Position numbers and translations under genes: made by a program. Under the pieces are notes generated by a model. That model did no database searches, was not told the DNA's origin, and saw nothing but the letters and a program-made list of their open reading frames with translations. Shown one piece after another: positions 19,064 through 29,972 of a stretch of 64,000 nucleotides of DNA. The stretch is taken from IMG/VR virus record IMGVR_UViG_3300033121_000954, positions 32,001-96,000 of that record. One strand, written 5' to 3'. Origin of the DNA: a virus (Duplodnaviria > Caudoviricetes). Positions within the stretch are counted from its first letter, which is position 1. Every line of letters starts with the position of its first letter.

Positions 19064-21386
19064 ATATTATTGCTTCACAATGTGAAACTACATTTGCATC
19101 CCAATTGAAGGATGATGTAGATGTTATATTATAATTTACCCGCAAAAATTCATCTGCAATAGAAGCTTTCCCAATAGTTAACCAAGAATCTAAGTTTGTC
19201 TTTGAGGTTGGACCATTTCCAAATGTACCAATTGCGTTGACCGACGAACCGGACAATGAAACAGTGTTGAATATAAGAGGTCGGCCATTATTGTCAAATC
19301 TGCTGACTATTGCGCGACCCTGTTGTGTAAATGCCCAATTGTATGTATCAGTAGGTGTTGAATATGAACCAGTTTTTCCAAAAATGGTCGTTTGTACTGT
19401 ATATGCAATCGCGGCATTGAAAAAACTTCCAGTATAAATATCAAAATTTATCGCTCTAAATATAGGAAATCGTATAGTACCACCTCCACCACCACTCGTT
19501 CCGATATTATTAAATTGTATAGTTGAAGTTCTAATTTGATTAACTTTATAACCAAAATCGTCTCTCATTATGGATTCTGAGTGATAAAGAACTTCTGGTT
19601 TATTTCCTTGAAATACGACACCTTTTAATAAATTTTCCTTATTGGCAAGTTCCCCGACTGAATTTTTATATTGAACTTTGATGAACAATTCGGATTTTGT
19701 TTCCACGTCAGTCAATGGAATTTGAACTCTGGTTTGGTTACTGTTGAATCCGGGTTGGTGGATTGGATAGATGGACATGTCACTGATATTCCAACTACCA
19801 GTCGTTACCAAAACCAACGGCCTAAAAGTTCCCACGTCGTTCGTTTTAAACTCAAACGTATTTTCAGACAATGATCCATTCCTTGCCTCCACAGTACCAA
19901 TATATGTACCTATATTCGTATAATTAGTTTGTATAGTGTCCGTTTTTGGACGTTCTCCCAAAACTACAATTGGACTTGAACCAGTTATATATATATCAAG
20001 TTTTCCAGTTCCAGTATTTTTACTGCTAAATTCAAGTGTGTAAGATGTATTTGCACTGGAAGTTATACCATACTGGACACTCGGGACGATATAAAATTCG
20101 CCACTTCCAGACACCCGGACAGAATCGGATAAGTTGCCATTATCTATTTCAGCACGTCCACTACCACCCACATTCCAATATCGATGAAAATCATTAAAAT
20201 CATTGCCACGGATGGCTACATTTCTAAAGTTTCCAATAGGCTTTTCTATCAATCCACGCTCAGCATCAAACAACGTTGCGTTCGGATCAGTAAACAAGTT
20301 CGTTCTACTCAATTTAAACGAACCAATATTGCGAAATTCGCCAAACGAGTTTACTGGTTTGTATGAAACATCAATTGATGATAGCACCCCAAATTCTGGC
20401 TCCAACCCACTTATATCAAACGTAGCAAATGATTGTGTTGTAGCACTTTGACTGACTGATTGGTATTGATAAAACGAACAAGTAAAATTTGTTTGGTTGA
20501 AAAATCTATCAGCGGAAAATGTTCGGGTTATTGTTTTATAAAACGGCGGATAGACTTTGATAGAACTACTATTGATTACCTCAACGATGGATGCTGTATA
20601 AAATATCGGTTCGTTGTATGTAATATCGGCGGGGAGGTTTACATTTATATCGTTCAGTTCAATTTTTCCACCTTTCATACTTGAACTGAAGTAGAAATTT
20701 TTGGCGGTTAATATTGAAAAATTTGTATAGGACGGGATGATTACATCGTTATTCGTCGCACCATCCCCATTAACAGACGGATTGGTAGATATACTGGAAT
20801 CGGTTGCTCTCGTTTCAACATTGAATGTATCTGGAATAAATTGCATTGGAATGATGCCGCCAATCGTAGAAAATGAACCACTGGAAGTTCTGATTTCAGT
20901 TAAACGGCTGACTCCAGTTGAAATGGCGACTGGTTGTAATTTTTCTTTGAAAGTCACAACTGGCGTGTTTTTTAAAACTACTTTCTCAGTAACTTCGATC
21001 GTCGGATTTACACCAACTTCAAATGTTGCCAAATAGTTTGAAGTATTTACCAGTTCCGTATCAGAACCTTTTAAAGTCCCGGCAATGTAAATTTTCGCTA
21101 TTCCAATCGGAGTATCATTATAAATATAAACTACAATATTACGAGTATTATCATCGTTCACTACACCACTAATCTCATAATATATTGGCTTTCCAAGACT
21201 GTCAAGAATATCAATAAAAATATCAGAACCCTTTAAAAGCTTGTTGGGAGAAATATTTAGCGTAAATCTATTTTTACCCAAATTAAAAATAGTGGGGAAC
21301 TTAGCATCAATGATGGTGCTAAATCCCCGCTCAACTTTCAAAAAGTTCCAACCTTTTATTCCATATTCTGATTTAATTTTTTTCAT
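19047..21386 (-). CDS. Large hypothetical protein, probably structural
   Basis: 779 aa, S/T/G/N-rich beta-type composition. Confidence 0.6.
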   Translation of the reverse strand: MKKIKSEYGIKGWNFLKVERGFSTIIDAKFPTIFNLGKNRFTLNISPNKLLKGSDIFIDILDSLGKPIYYEISGVVNDDNTRNIVVYIYNDTPIGIAKIYIAGTLKGSDTELVNTSNYLATFEVGVNPTIEVTEKVVLKNTPVVTFKEKLQPVAISTGVSRLTEIRTSSGSFSTIGGIIPMQFIPDTFNVETRATDSSISTNPSVNGDGATNNDVIIPSYTNFSILTAKNFYFSSSMKGGKIELNDINVNLPADITYNEPIFYTASIVEVINSSSIKVYPPFYKTITRTFSADRFFNQTNFTCSFYQYQSVSQSATTQSFATFDISGLEPEFGVLSSIDVSYKPVNSFGEFRNIGSFKLSRTNLFTDPNATLFDAERGLIEKPIGNFRNVAIRGNDFNDFHRYWNVGGSGRAEIDNGNLSDSVRVSGSGEFYIVPSVQYGITSSANTSYTLEFSSKNTGTGKLDIYITGSSPIVVLGERPKTDTIQTNYTNIGTYIGTVEARNGSLSENTFEFKTNDVGTFRPLVLVTTGSWNISDMSIYPIHQPGFNSNQTRVQIPLTDVETKSELFIKVQYKNSVGELANKENLLKGVVFQGNKPEVLYHSESIMRDDFGYKVNQIRTSTIQFNNIGTSGGGGGTIRFPIFRAINFDIYTGSFFNAAIAYTVQTTIFGKTGSYSTPTDTYNWAFTQQGRAIVSRFDNNGRPLIFNTVSLSGSSVNAIGTFGNGPTSKTNLDSWLTIGKASIADEFLRVNYNITSTSSFNWDANVVSHCEAIIYESRY

Positions 21387-24300
21387 TAAACTACAATCCT
21401 TGAATATCCATTTATTTTTTCAATTTTGATTTGATTGTCCACCATATCTTTCATACTGTCCATGTGCGAAACACAGATTAAAAACTCATACTGCTTTTTC
21501 AAGTAAGTAAATAAATTCGCAATAGAAAGTAAATTTTCAGAATCCAACACACCAAACCCTTCATCAATTGCAAGAAAGTTGGCCTTCGGAAGTGTTGTAA
21601 TTTCGCTCAGGCTCGTCCTAAATGCTAAAGACAGTATAAACCTTTCCATACCACTTGAAAGTTCAACAGGCCACGAATTTGAGGCATTGTAAACGATATA
21701 TCCGTGGATGTATTTATCATCAGTTGCTTCAAGACGAACCGTGAAGTCAACCAAGTTGTTTAAAATTTGATTTACCTCACTTTCAATTACTGGAAGGACA
21801 GTTTCAAGTATTCGGTATGGTACTCCCTCCCTTGAAAGTGATTGCAAGTACAGATCATAAATTCTAAACCTATTCACATATTGCAAGTACTTATCAACTT
21901 TGTTATTACACTCCTCATGTTTCGTTTTCAGTGCGTCCAGTGTGGAATGTAGCGACCGATAATTATTTAATAGCGCAATTTCAGATTTATCAAGTGCATC
22001 TATCTCAGTACGAATTTTAGTTATTTCTAAAAGTATTTGAGTGTTTCGTTCTATGATCTCTGCATTCTTTAAATATTCCTCTCTTGAAATTTTATACCCA
22101 TCCAATGCGACATTGTTTGACTTTTGCTTGTATTCCAACGTTTTTTGTTGCTCTTTCAATAAATTCAAATCTGTAAATAGTTGCCGGCGCTTGTTGACCA
22201 AATCCCGTATTTTTTTCGCCTCGGCTAATTGTATTTTTACATCGGCATATTGTAACTCAGATGTTTCAATTTCAGATGATATTTTTGCAATTGAACGCTC
22301 AATATCTGATATTTTTGAAATTGAATTTTTTGCAGTTTTAACAAATTCATTATCAATACAGTATTGGCAGGATGGATCGTACTTATGATTGTGAAGTAAC
22401 GTTTCTTGATTCTTACATTCAATTAATTCCCGCATTAGTAATTTGAGTTTCGTTCCGCTTGCGTCAATTGTGGATTTCAATTTATTCAATTGCTCAATTA
22501 CAGTTTCAAAATTGTCCGGTTCGTTCTTTATTTTTTCTGCAATTTCAGATATTTCAGTATTGTATTTTTCAATTTGTTCGGCATTTGTTTCAAATTGCGA
22601 ATTGCACTGCTCAATTTGTTTTTGTGTAGATGCAATTTCCGAATCAATTTGATTCAGGTTTAATGTATTTGAGGTTGGCTGGTAAATTTTGTTCAATTCA
22701 ACCAGTTCGTCTGATTTTACCTTTATATCTCTTTTAACTGTTGTAATTTGACGTTCAATGTCATCTAATTGATATTGCTGGTCTTGAATCTGAGTGTTAT
22801 ACACTGAAAGTTTTGATTGAAGATTTTCACGCTCAAATTCTTTAATCAACACTTGACATTCTTTACTTTCCTCTTTTGCAATTTTATAGAGGTCATCATA
22901 CACAGTTATATCTAAAAATTTGTATAATAATTCCTTCCGATCACGTTGAGTCTTGTCAATAAAATTTTGATTATCATACTGTGTTGATAATGCAGTCAAC
23001 ACAAAATCATCGTATGTTCCGACATAATTTCTGATTTGATAATTTGTCCGGTCTCGGTCTTCGCCGTTCAAATTGACTATATCTCCAAACTCATTTATTG
23101 TCCAAAACGTCACATCTACCTTTACTGCACCATCTTTTTTCTTAGTTCCAACACGTTCAATAAAATAATCACGACCATTCAATTCAAACTGTATTTTGCA
23201 TTGAAAACTGTCTTTGGTATTATTCAGGATATGACTGGCTTTGCTTGCAACTGGGGTTTTGTCAAATAATGCAAATGTCAATATAGAGAGGAAACTACTC
23301 TTACCTGTGGCATTTTTGGCCCATATACCATAACTTTCGTTCAGTTTACTAAAATCAACAACATTGTCTTCTCCATAGGAAAACATATTTGAAAATTCCA
23401 ATTTGATTGGCTTCCAAATTACGTTTCGCTGCGAACTGTTGACTGGAAGTAATTTATTAGTTTCAGAATTTAATTTACATACTGCATCAATTTCATTCTT
23501 CGTCCCAAGTTCCATTGCGGTAAGAAATTCGGAAATGATTTTGTTTTGAAAATCAATATTTCGCGAATGACCTAACGTTTCATATTTTGTGCGGTTTTGA
23601 AGTTGTGTGCCATTCAATCTCTGCTTTATTAGTTCTACTATATTATACGATTTGCCAATTTCTCGTACAAACGCCTCAATTTCTTCTGGAGTAGAATTAT
23701 CGTGCTGAATGCGTACTCTAAGATTTTTTGGCAAATTATCCGGAATTATACATTTTCCCGATATTAAATTAAATGTCACAAATCCATAGTCATTTTGGAT
23801 TGGAACAAATGTTCCTTGATTGGTTTCTAAATCCCAAACAATCAATCCATGTTCATCCACAGACTCCCCATACGATTGGCCTATCAGACTGGAAGAGTAT
23901 GCAATTGTCCGTTCGCGATTTAAAAATTGACATAAATGCACGTCTCCACACATCCCAAGATCAAATCCATTAAAATGTTCAAGCGTTATTCCAGTCTCAA
24001 TTTCATGCCCAATATCAGTCATCGCTCCAGTAATGGTGCCATGATGTAATGCTATTTTATATTTTGCATTTATTTTGTTTGCCGATACCCAATTTTCAAT
24101 TGAATCAAAAATACCAAACACTGAAAATGAAATACCATTCAATTCATACACACCCGAATCTTTCCAAAAATATAAGTTCGGATGATTCAATGCTTCAACG
24201 ATTGGAGTTAGTGCATCAAGCCGTTGTAAATTTGAACAATTTCCATCGTGGTTTCCGGGAATTAAAATCGTGGGACATATATCAGCACACGTTCTTAGAA

Positions 24301-24493
24301 AGCGGGTTGTAACTGCGATCATTTCCGGAGACATATCAGTTTTGTTATGGACTATATCTCCACCAAGAAAAATTATGTCGTCTGGTTGTTTGGTTGATTG
24401 TATGTAATCGTAAACTCGCTGGAAAACTGCTTCGTATTCTTTATGTCTTTTATACAAACGAATATGGATGTCGCTCAAATGATAGATTTTCAA
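21386..24493 (-). CDS. Fused Mre11/SbcD nuclease and Rad50/SbcC ATPase (gp47+gp46)
   Basis: SDIH, GDIVH, GNHD, GDVH; Walker A NATGKSS; Zn hook CQYC; signature SSGME; Walker B LAIDEG. Confidence 0.92.
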   Translation of the reverse strand: MKIYHLSDIHIRLYKRHKEYEAVFQRVYDYIQSTKQPDDIIFLGGDIVHNKTDMSPEMIAVTTRFLRTCADICPTILIPGNHDGNCSNLQRLDALTPIVEALNHPNLYFWKDSGVYELNGISFSVFGIFDSIENWVSANKINAKYKIALHHGTITGAMTDIGHEIETGITLEHFNGFDLGMCGDVHLCQFLNRERTIAYSSSLIGQSYGESVDEHGLIVWDLETNQGTFVPIQNDYGFVTFNLISGKCIIPDNLPKNLRVRIQHDNSTPEEIEAFVREIGKSYNIVELIKQRLNGTQLQNRTKYETLGHSRNIDFQNKIISEFLTAMELGTKNEIDAVCKLNSETNKLLPVNSSQRNVIWKPIKLEFSNMFSYGEDNVVDFSKLNESYGIWAKNATGKSSFLSILTFALFDKTPVASKASHILNNTKDSFQCKIQFELNGRDYFIERVGTKKKDGAVKVDVTFWTINEFGDIVNLNGEDRDRTNYQIRNYVGTYDDFVLTALSTQYDNQNFIDKTQRDRKELLYKFLDITVYDDLYKIAKEESKECQVLIKEFERENLQSKLSVYNTQIQDQQYQLDDIERQITTVKRDIKVKSDELVELNKIYQPTSNTLNLNQIDSEIASTQKQIEQCNSQFETNAEQIEKYNTEISEIAEKIKNEPDNFETVIEQLNKLKSTIDASGTKLKLLMRELIECKNQETLLHNHKYDPSCQYCIDNEFVKTAKNSISKISDIERSIAKISSEIETSELQYADVKIQLAEAKKIRDLVNKRRQLFTDLNLLKEQQKTLEYKQKSNNVALDGYKISREEYLKNAEIIERNTQILLEITKIRTEIDALDKSEIALLNNYRSLHSTLDALKTKHEECNNKVDKYLQYVNRFRIYDLYLQSLSREGVPYRILETVLPVIESEVNQILNNLVDFTVRLEATDDKYIHGYIVYNASNSWPVELSSGMERFILSLAFRTSLSEITTLPKANFLAIDEGFGVLDSENLLSIANLFTYLKKQYEFLICVSHMDSMKDMVDNQIKIEKINGYSRIVV

Positions 24494-24511
24494 TGGTTTA
24501 TTTGGGTTTTA

Positions 24512-25423
24512 TTATTTTAACTTAGTTAAAATTTTAAATTTGAAAATATCCGTGTTGGTAATTATTTTAGCATCATGTATAAATTGCCAAACTTTGCTAT
24601 AACCGAGACTGTTGGGATCTTCATTTCGTGGCAATGTTACGCAACTAACCCCAATCCCATTATTTATGAAATATTCTGCTTGCATCATTGCGTCATTTAG
24701 TGCATCGCCGTCCAAACAAAATATGATGTGCGACGTTCCTTCTTGAAGAATTTTCTTTCGTAGTTTTTCCGTTAGTTTTTTGCCATTTAATGGCACTGCA
24801 TTTCTACGAACAACGATTGCATCAAGTTTACTTTCAACCAATATTATAGGTTCTTGCCAATTTATTAAATTTTCATCGGCAACGATATTTTTATCTGAAT
24901 TGTCAGGTTCTTTAAACTTAAATTGTTTATCCAAAAAAGTACGGCCAGCAAAATGAGTCAACGTACCAGTTTCTGAGAAGTATGGAAATACAACCATATC
25001 TGAATATTGACCTCGCTCACAATAACCAAGTCTGTGTTTTATGATGTCTTGTTCAGTGACACCCCGACCCAACAGATAATTTTTCGCTTTGCGATAAAAA
25101 AATGAACCAGTTTCTACATTTAGCGGTTTAAAATCCGTTGGTAAATGTAGTAAGACTGGTTCATTTTTTTGTGAGTATAATCGCTCATTCCAAAGTTCCT
25201 TTGCTTTGGAAATTATTGCTGAGTCTTGTCGTAATTTTTGGAACAACCCACCAACTTTACTACCTTTTGCCGGACACACCCAGCATTTCCATATACCAGT
25301 ACGAATACTGATACCCAATTTCTTTTTGTGATGGTTACAAAATGGACAGTGGAATTGGTAGTAATCCCTGTTCGCCTTGACGGAGGTGCCAAGCACTGAT
25401 TCCAAAAGTTGTAATTTTTCCAT
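24512..25423 (-). CDS. DNA primase (gp61/DnaG-like); probable start ATG 25423
   Basis: CPFC..CWVC zinc finger, YLLGRG, FAGR, TOPRIM VES.LDA and LDGDA, EDPN. Confidence 0.88.
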   Translation of the reverse strand: MEKLQLLESVLGTSVKANRDYYQFHCPFCNHHKKKLGISIRTGIWKCWVCPAKGSKVGGLFQKLRQDSAIISKAKELWNERLYSQKNEPVLLHLPTDFKPLNVETGSFFYRKAKNYLLGRGVTEQDIIKHRLGYCERGQYSDMVVFPYFSETGTLTHFAGRTFLDKQFKFKEPDNSDKNIVADENLINWQEPIILVESKLDAIVVRRNAVPLNGKKLTEKLRKKILQEGTSHIIFCLDGDALNDAMMQAEYFINNGIGVSCVTLPRNEDPNSLGYSKVWQFIHDAKIITNTDIFKFKILTKLK

Positions 25424-25429
25424 AAACCA

Positions 25430-25481
25430 CAAGTATAAGGCTTTTTATTGGTTTATGCAAATCATTAACATATCGTTTACA
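25430..25481 (-). promoter_or_regulatory. Bacteroidota-type promoter with TGTTAA repeat, driving primase and SbcCD
   Basis: TGTAAA-N5-TGTTAATGA-TTTG-N20-TATACTTG. Confidence 0.75.
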
Positions 25482-26289
25482 TTATTTTTTCAAATTGCGC
25501 AATTTGTGACTCATATTGTGGGTATTTTTGCACTCCGAAAAAACTAATTGCAAATATTTCGGCAAATGATTCAGTACCAAACGACATAGTATCAGTTTGT
25601 GAATATCGGGTTGTATAAAATTTACTGGCAACAAACCCTGACGGAGACCCATGTTTGTATTCATACCTATGACCCAGTTCATGTACGATTATGTACAGCA
25701 GAGACGCATACGCAACGGTGTCAATTTCACGGGCATAAGTTTCCTTAATCCAAATTTGATCTAATTGACTTTTGTAGGTGGCTTTGGCTCTCAGCGCATC
25801 AGCAGGTTTGAAATAAATTTCAAATTTTCCGGTTAACGCTTTTTTGTGAAATCCTGTAAATTTATCTAAAAACTCTGATATTTTTTTGGAAGTTAGTTTA
25901 AATCTGGATTCCGCCATAAGTGAATCATTTATAAACGTCAAATTTCCAATGGTAAGATTTTCAATCTTTGAATTTTTTGTTTTAAAAAATCCATCCACAA
26001 TACGATTTATATCCGATTCGTCCCAGTGACTGAATGTGTTTGCAATATTTTGCGAAATCATATTGTATTCCTGATATGCGTCTGATTGCTTTTTTAGAAA
26101 TTTTATAAATTCAAATTCCTTTGACAATCCATTAGGTGCCTTTCCCGATTTTGGAAATATACTTATCCATCTTACAAAATCGTTTATCTGGTCTGGTTTA
26201 AATTTCAGAAAAGATATACCCATCCGCTTCATATAATCCACATCAACGTTTTCTTGTATTATTTTATTGTAGATGGGTATTAATTTCAC
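25477..26289 (-). CDS. Zincin metallopeptidase-domain protein with internal-protein leader
   Basis: HELGH plus downstream ESFAE; MKLIPIYNKIIQE leader. Confidence 0.7.
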   Translation of the reverse strand: MKLIPIYNKIIQENVDVDYMKRMGISFLKFKPDQINDFVRWISIFPKSGKAPNGLSKEFEFIKFLKKQSDAYQEYNMISQNIANTFSHWDESDINRIVDGFFKTKNSKIENLTIGNLTFINDSLMAESRFKLTSKKISEFLDKFTGFHKKALTGKFEIYFKPADALRAKATYKSQLDQIWIKETYAREIDTVAYASLLYIIVHELGHRYEYKHGSPSGFVASKFYTTRYSQTDTMSFGTESFAEIFAISFFGVQKYPQYESQIAQFEKIM

Positions 26290-26714
26290 AGTTTATTTAC
26301 CTTTCCTTTAAAAAATTTAGTATTTGCGATATGACGATTGTATGAATTGCAGAACAATACATCATATTTTATTTGAAAATATGTTTCGTAAAAAGACACG
26401 TCTGTAAGTGTCGAGCAGAACATTAAAATTTCACGACTAAAATTTTCTTGACCACGTTGTTCTATATCACGCTTCAACTCATCACTACTTCCCCAGTAAT
26501 TTTTCCAATCCGTCTCTTTAATTTCACGTTTGAATTTTTTACGTTTATTTTCTGGAAGCAGTTTTTCCTTTTTTGTCAGTGTTTTTTTGCGATTAGAAAC
26601 TAACAGTTTCCGACCAATATAAATCTTATTGTCCAGTTTGTTGGTAATGCAGTAGATGTATCCCAGTGCATTGTCTGGCATTTCAAAGGATTGGTTATTT
26701 TGGTATGTCCACAT
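26286..26714 (-). CDS. GIY-YIG endonuclease (Seg/DenA-like)
   Basis: GYIYCITN..KIYIGRK, YWGSS, FSREIL, YN. Confidence 0.82.
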   Translation of the reverse strand: MWTYQNNQSFEMPDNALGYIYCITNKLDNKIYIGRKLLVSNRKKTLTKKEKLLPENKRKKFKREIKETDWKNYWGSSDELKRDIEQRGQENFSREILMFCSTLTDVSFYETYFQIKYDVLFCNSYNRHIANTKFFKGKVNKL

Positions 26715-26990
26715 TAATACTTTGCGTTTTTATAAAAAGAGGTGCCTTCAATTTTCCAACCGTTCCGTTTTAAATCAGCAGCAAATCTTCCCATATATTT
26801 GGATAGAGTGCGCTCATTGATGTTATCTAAAACATCCAAAAATAAACTAAATACATCCTCTACATTGTAATTACATTGTTTGGACACATCAGTTGTTAAA
26901 TTAAGGTTGACTTCCTCGCCCAAAACTTCCATTACTAAAGGTTTTAATTTAGTTTTGATTGTTTTTTTTTTGATTTTCTGTTAGTTTCAT
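26714..26990 (-). pseudogene. Leader-bearing small gene frameshifted at an A10 run
   Basis: A9 would give MKLTENQKKTIKTKLKPLVMEVLGEE in frame with ORF 26714-26932. Confidence 0.6.
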
Positions 26991-27016
26991 TTTTTAGATT
27001 TCCTTTGTTTTTAATT

Positions 27017-28744
27017 TTATGTATCAAACCGAATTATGAGGTTGATCGGGACATCCTCACGCATTTTTAAAGCCTGTCCAAGTTTCCCAATCACTAATAA
27101 TTCGCCACTATCATTATACAAACCAACCGTTGTCGCATATACGGGCATTCCACCATCCGCTACGCTACTTGTCATTTCATTTATAAGTAGGTCAGAATAT
27201 GGAGTTTGTCGGGTGGTCGGATTTTGACTTAGATTGAAATCTCCCGGTTTAATTCTGCATAATGTTTCGTATTGGTAAATTGTGTGAGTGTTTCTGTATT
27301 TTAATATAAAATCAAATGCCAATAAATCCGATCTTATGAAATTATTTGTCAGTACAATCTTTCCAGATTTATAAAAAATATTACCAACCTGATGCGACAC
27401 ATTTGAGTAAGTTACCAACCGACCAACTTCGCCAGTAGATAACGCGGTATTAAAAAATCTAACGTCGTCTAAATATAATCCATTCTTATCAAAGGCATTA
27501 TTTGATTCGTTGTAAATTGAACTTGTAAAATCACATGACCCAAACATCAAATCGTTATTGTTTGTAATCGTTTCGTTTATATCCGTTTCAGTATCTTCCA
27601 AATTTCCATTTACATACAGAGATAATTGAGTGCCACGTTTAGTGACTACAAAACTTTGAAACTCGTCTGTCTCTGTTATTTTATCAGATGTGACTAACGA
27701 TACCGCACTTATTCCGTTTGACCGAGTAAAGACTATTTTTCCAGCAGAATTTATACTAAATCGGTATGGATAAACTGGTGTTGGACTATAATCTACTGAA
27801 CTGCTGATATTACTCTTGTAAACTACGCCATCCACTGTTTTATTAAAATTTTCATTTTTTATTTTTGTAGCAATTTTTGATTTATCAATAAATACAGTCG
27901 CTGGCATTGGAATATTGCACTTAAACCAAAATGAAATTGTAAAATCCCCAACTAAGTTTAAATCGTTATTATGTTCTGTTCTTATGTATGCTACTTTGTC
28001 GGGTGGGAAATAAAACGGATTAGACCAAGTGAAATTGGATGTGGTGGTTGCCACTGATTCCAAATGATAAATATTTTTGTAAAATGTCCGTAGCGGGTAT
28101 GTCTTGGCCGCTACATTCAGATCATAATATGCAGTGTCACTTAGATTTCTAAATGTATTATCAGACAATAAATTCTTAAACTTTGATATTCTATTATGTA
28201 TGCTACTATGCCAATTTACAACTTGATGAACACTTGATGTTATGAAATTATTATTTATATCATAAAGTGGGGTTCCTGCTAAATATAAATTGCCATATCC
28301 ATCATCTGAGCATTTAAAATCATCTATACCGATTGAACATGTAAACTGAACACTTCCGGGCTTAATTCCTTCCCCAAAATCATGTTGAGGAATTTGAATA
28401 ATAGACGCGGAAATATTCAAATTCTTATATGTGTATCGCCGATTTGAATGTTCCATTGTTGCGACTGGGTCATTTGGAAATCGATAATACATCGCATCCA
28501 GTTGACTCCAAACAATGTGTTGATTTGAACCATCAAAACTGTTAGTTGGGTAGGTTCGGTCAGTTCCTAATTTTAATTTTTCATTTGTGTGGCGGGCTTC
28601 CAGTATTTTATACCCACTTGAAGTGATTGGTGTACTTCCGTTATACAAATCACTCCTCTGTATCACATATTGCTTGTGAACAGTGATTGGGGTGATTGTG
28701 TAGTCCTGTGGACGGACGGGGGAAAATACATGTGGAATGCTCAC
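27017..28744 (-). CDS. Tail or baseplate-associated protein with LamG-like domain
   Basis: FTISFW, LYVNG, LDDVRFFN.AL; C-terminal VGLYND.GELL shared with paralogs. Confidence 0.72.
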   Translation of the reverse strand: MSIPHVFSPVRPQDYTITPITVHKQYVIQRSDLYNGSTPITSSGYKILEARHTNEKLKLGTDRTYPTNSFDGSNQHIVWSQLDAMYYRFPNDPVATMEHSNRRYTYKNLNISASIIQIPQHDFGEGIKPGSVQFTCSIGIDDFKCSDDGYGNLYLAGTPLYDINNNFITSSVHQVVNWHSSIHNRISKFKNLLSDNTFRNLSDTAYYDLNVAAKTYPLRTFYKNIYHLESVATTTSNFTWSNPFYFPPDKVAYIRTEHNNDLNLVGDFTISFWFKCNIPMPATVFIDKSKIATKIKNENFNKTVDGVVYKSNISSSVDYSPTPVYPYRFSINSAGKIVFTRSNGISAVSLVTSDKITETDEFQSFVVTKRGTQLSLYVNGNLEDTETDINETITNNNDLMFGSCDFTSSIYNESNNAFDKNGLYLDDVRFFNTALSTGEVGRLVTYSNVSHQVGNIFYKSGKIVLTNNFIRSDLLAFDFILKYRNTHTIYQYETLCRIKPGDFNLSQNPTTRQTPYSDLLINEMTSSVADGGMPVYATTVGLYNDSGELLVIGKLGQALKMREDVPINLIIRFDT

Positions 28745-28745
28745 G

Positions 28746-29972
28746 TTATTGAATCTTTAATACTTTTTCTAATTTATTGAGATTATTATCTATTTTCTGA
28801 CCTTTGCCCTTTAAACTCCCAAGTGCAGATTGTATAGTTTTGACTAAAAAATTTCCAATTTTTTGAAATATATTTTCTTCGTTAATCGTTTGTTCAGTTC
28901 TTGGGGAGAACGAAAGTGACGGTTTTGCTTTTGATATTTTTTCATATATCTTCAATTCTTGCAATATTTTATATTGGACATCTTGATTGACTTGGGTCAT
29001 TGCAAAATCAAGTACTTTTTCGTATTCGTATGTTGCTTTAGTTGCCTGAAATCGTGCAATATTCATCAGCACAGTTTTAGTTCGTACAACTCTCTCACCA
29101 TCCTTTTTTAGTTCTTCTAAGAAGTCCCATAACTGCTCATCTACAATTTTTTTATATTTTTTTTCTAAATCAGCAAGCCCAAGTTTCTTTTTAAGTGCAT
29201 CAACCTGTGCAGTTGCATTCGACAACTGTTCTTGCAATTTTGCCAATTCGTCCAATGCCGCTTCAATTTTTGGGTCAGCGACATCCACTTCGTTCAAAAC
29301 TTCAACAATTATTTTTTTCAACGCCTTTACTGAATTTTCACTAAGTTTAAACTCATTACTTCGTTGTGTAACTGATTTTGGGAGATCAGTAAATTTGTTT
29401 GGTTTAGGTTCTCCTTTGTCGTTCACTAAGGTAAATCCTTTTGTGAGGACACTATGTAAAGCCAAATCTTCCGTTTCAAATCCAACATTTGTTATATTCT
29501 TTTCTGTCCCGTTTGGTTGCTGGATATAAATATAGTAACGACCATCCTCCTTTTTGATTTTGGCTGGTATCATGTCGTTACTGCCTTCAGTAATTCCCAA
29601 TTGTACTTTATATGAATTTGCAATACGCTTCATTTCTTTTGCGCGTTCTAAATATCGGTCGTCTTCTTTGGCGGCAGATGTATATATTTGCACTGCCCAT
29701 AACACCTTTTCCAATGCTTTCTTTGGTGTTAGTCCATAATATGAGCCACGATATATTTTATCAACTTTGTCTAAATCCGATTGAGATACACCTTCTTTTA
29801 TCATACTGTTTTCCTTTACATATAATTTAGGAATTCTAATTTTTAATATACCACGACCGTTTATGGTGGGTAGTCCAAAATCGTCAACGCCAATTTCTTT
29901 GACAGTTATTTTTTTATTTTTAAATCTACCTGCAAGTATCGTATCACCTATTTCAAGTGGAATTTGTATCAT
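28746..29972 (-). CDS. Modular putative internal head protein
   Basis: GDTIL.GRFKNK N-terminal module; repeated IKE, ITE, LSE, LNE, INE junctions. Confidence 0.55.
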   Translation of the reverse strand: MIQIPLEIGDTILAGRFKNKKITVKEIGVDDFGLPTINGRGILKIRIPKLYVKENSMIKEGVSQSDLDKVDKIYRGSYYGLTPKKALEKVLWAVQIYTSAAKEDDRYLERAKEMKRIANSYKVQLGITEGSNDMIPAKIKKEDGRYYIYIQQPNGTEKNITNVGFETEDLALHSVLTKGFTLVNDKGEPKPNKFTDLPKSVTQRSNEFKLSENSVKALKKIIVEVLNEVDVADPKIEAALDELAKLQEQLSNATAQVDALKKKLGLADLEKKYKKIVDEQLWDFLEELKKDGERVVRTKTVLMNIARFQATKATYEYEKVLDFAMTQVNQDVQYKILQELKIYEKISKAKPSLSFSPRTEQTINEENIFQKIGNFLVKTIQSALGSLKGKGQKIDNNLNKLEKVLKIQ

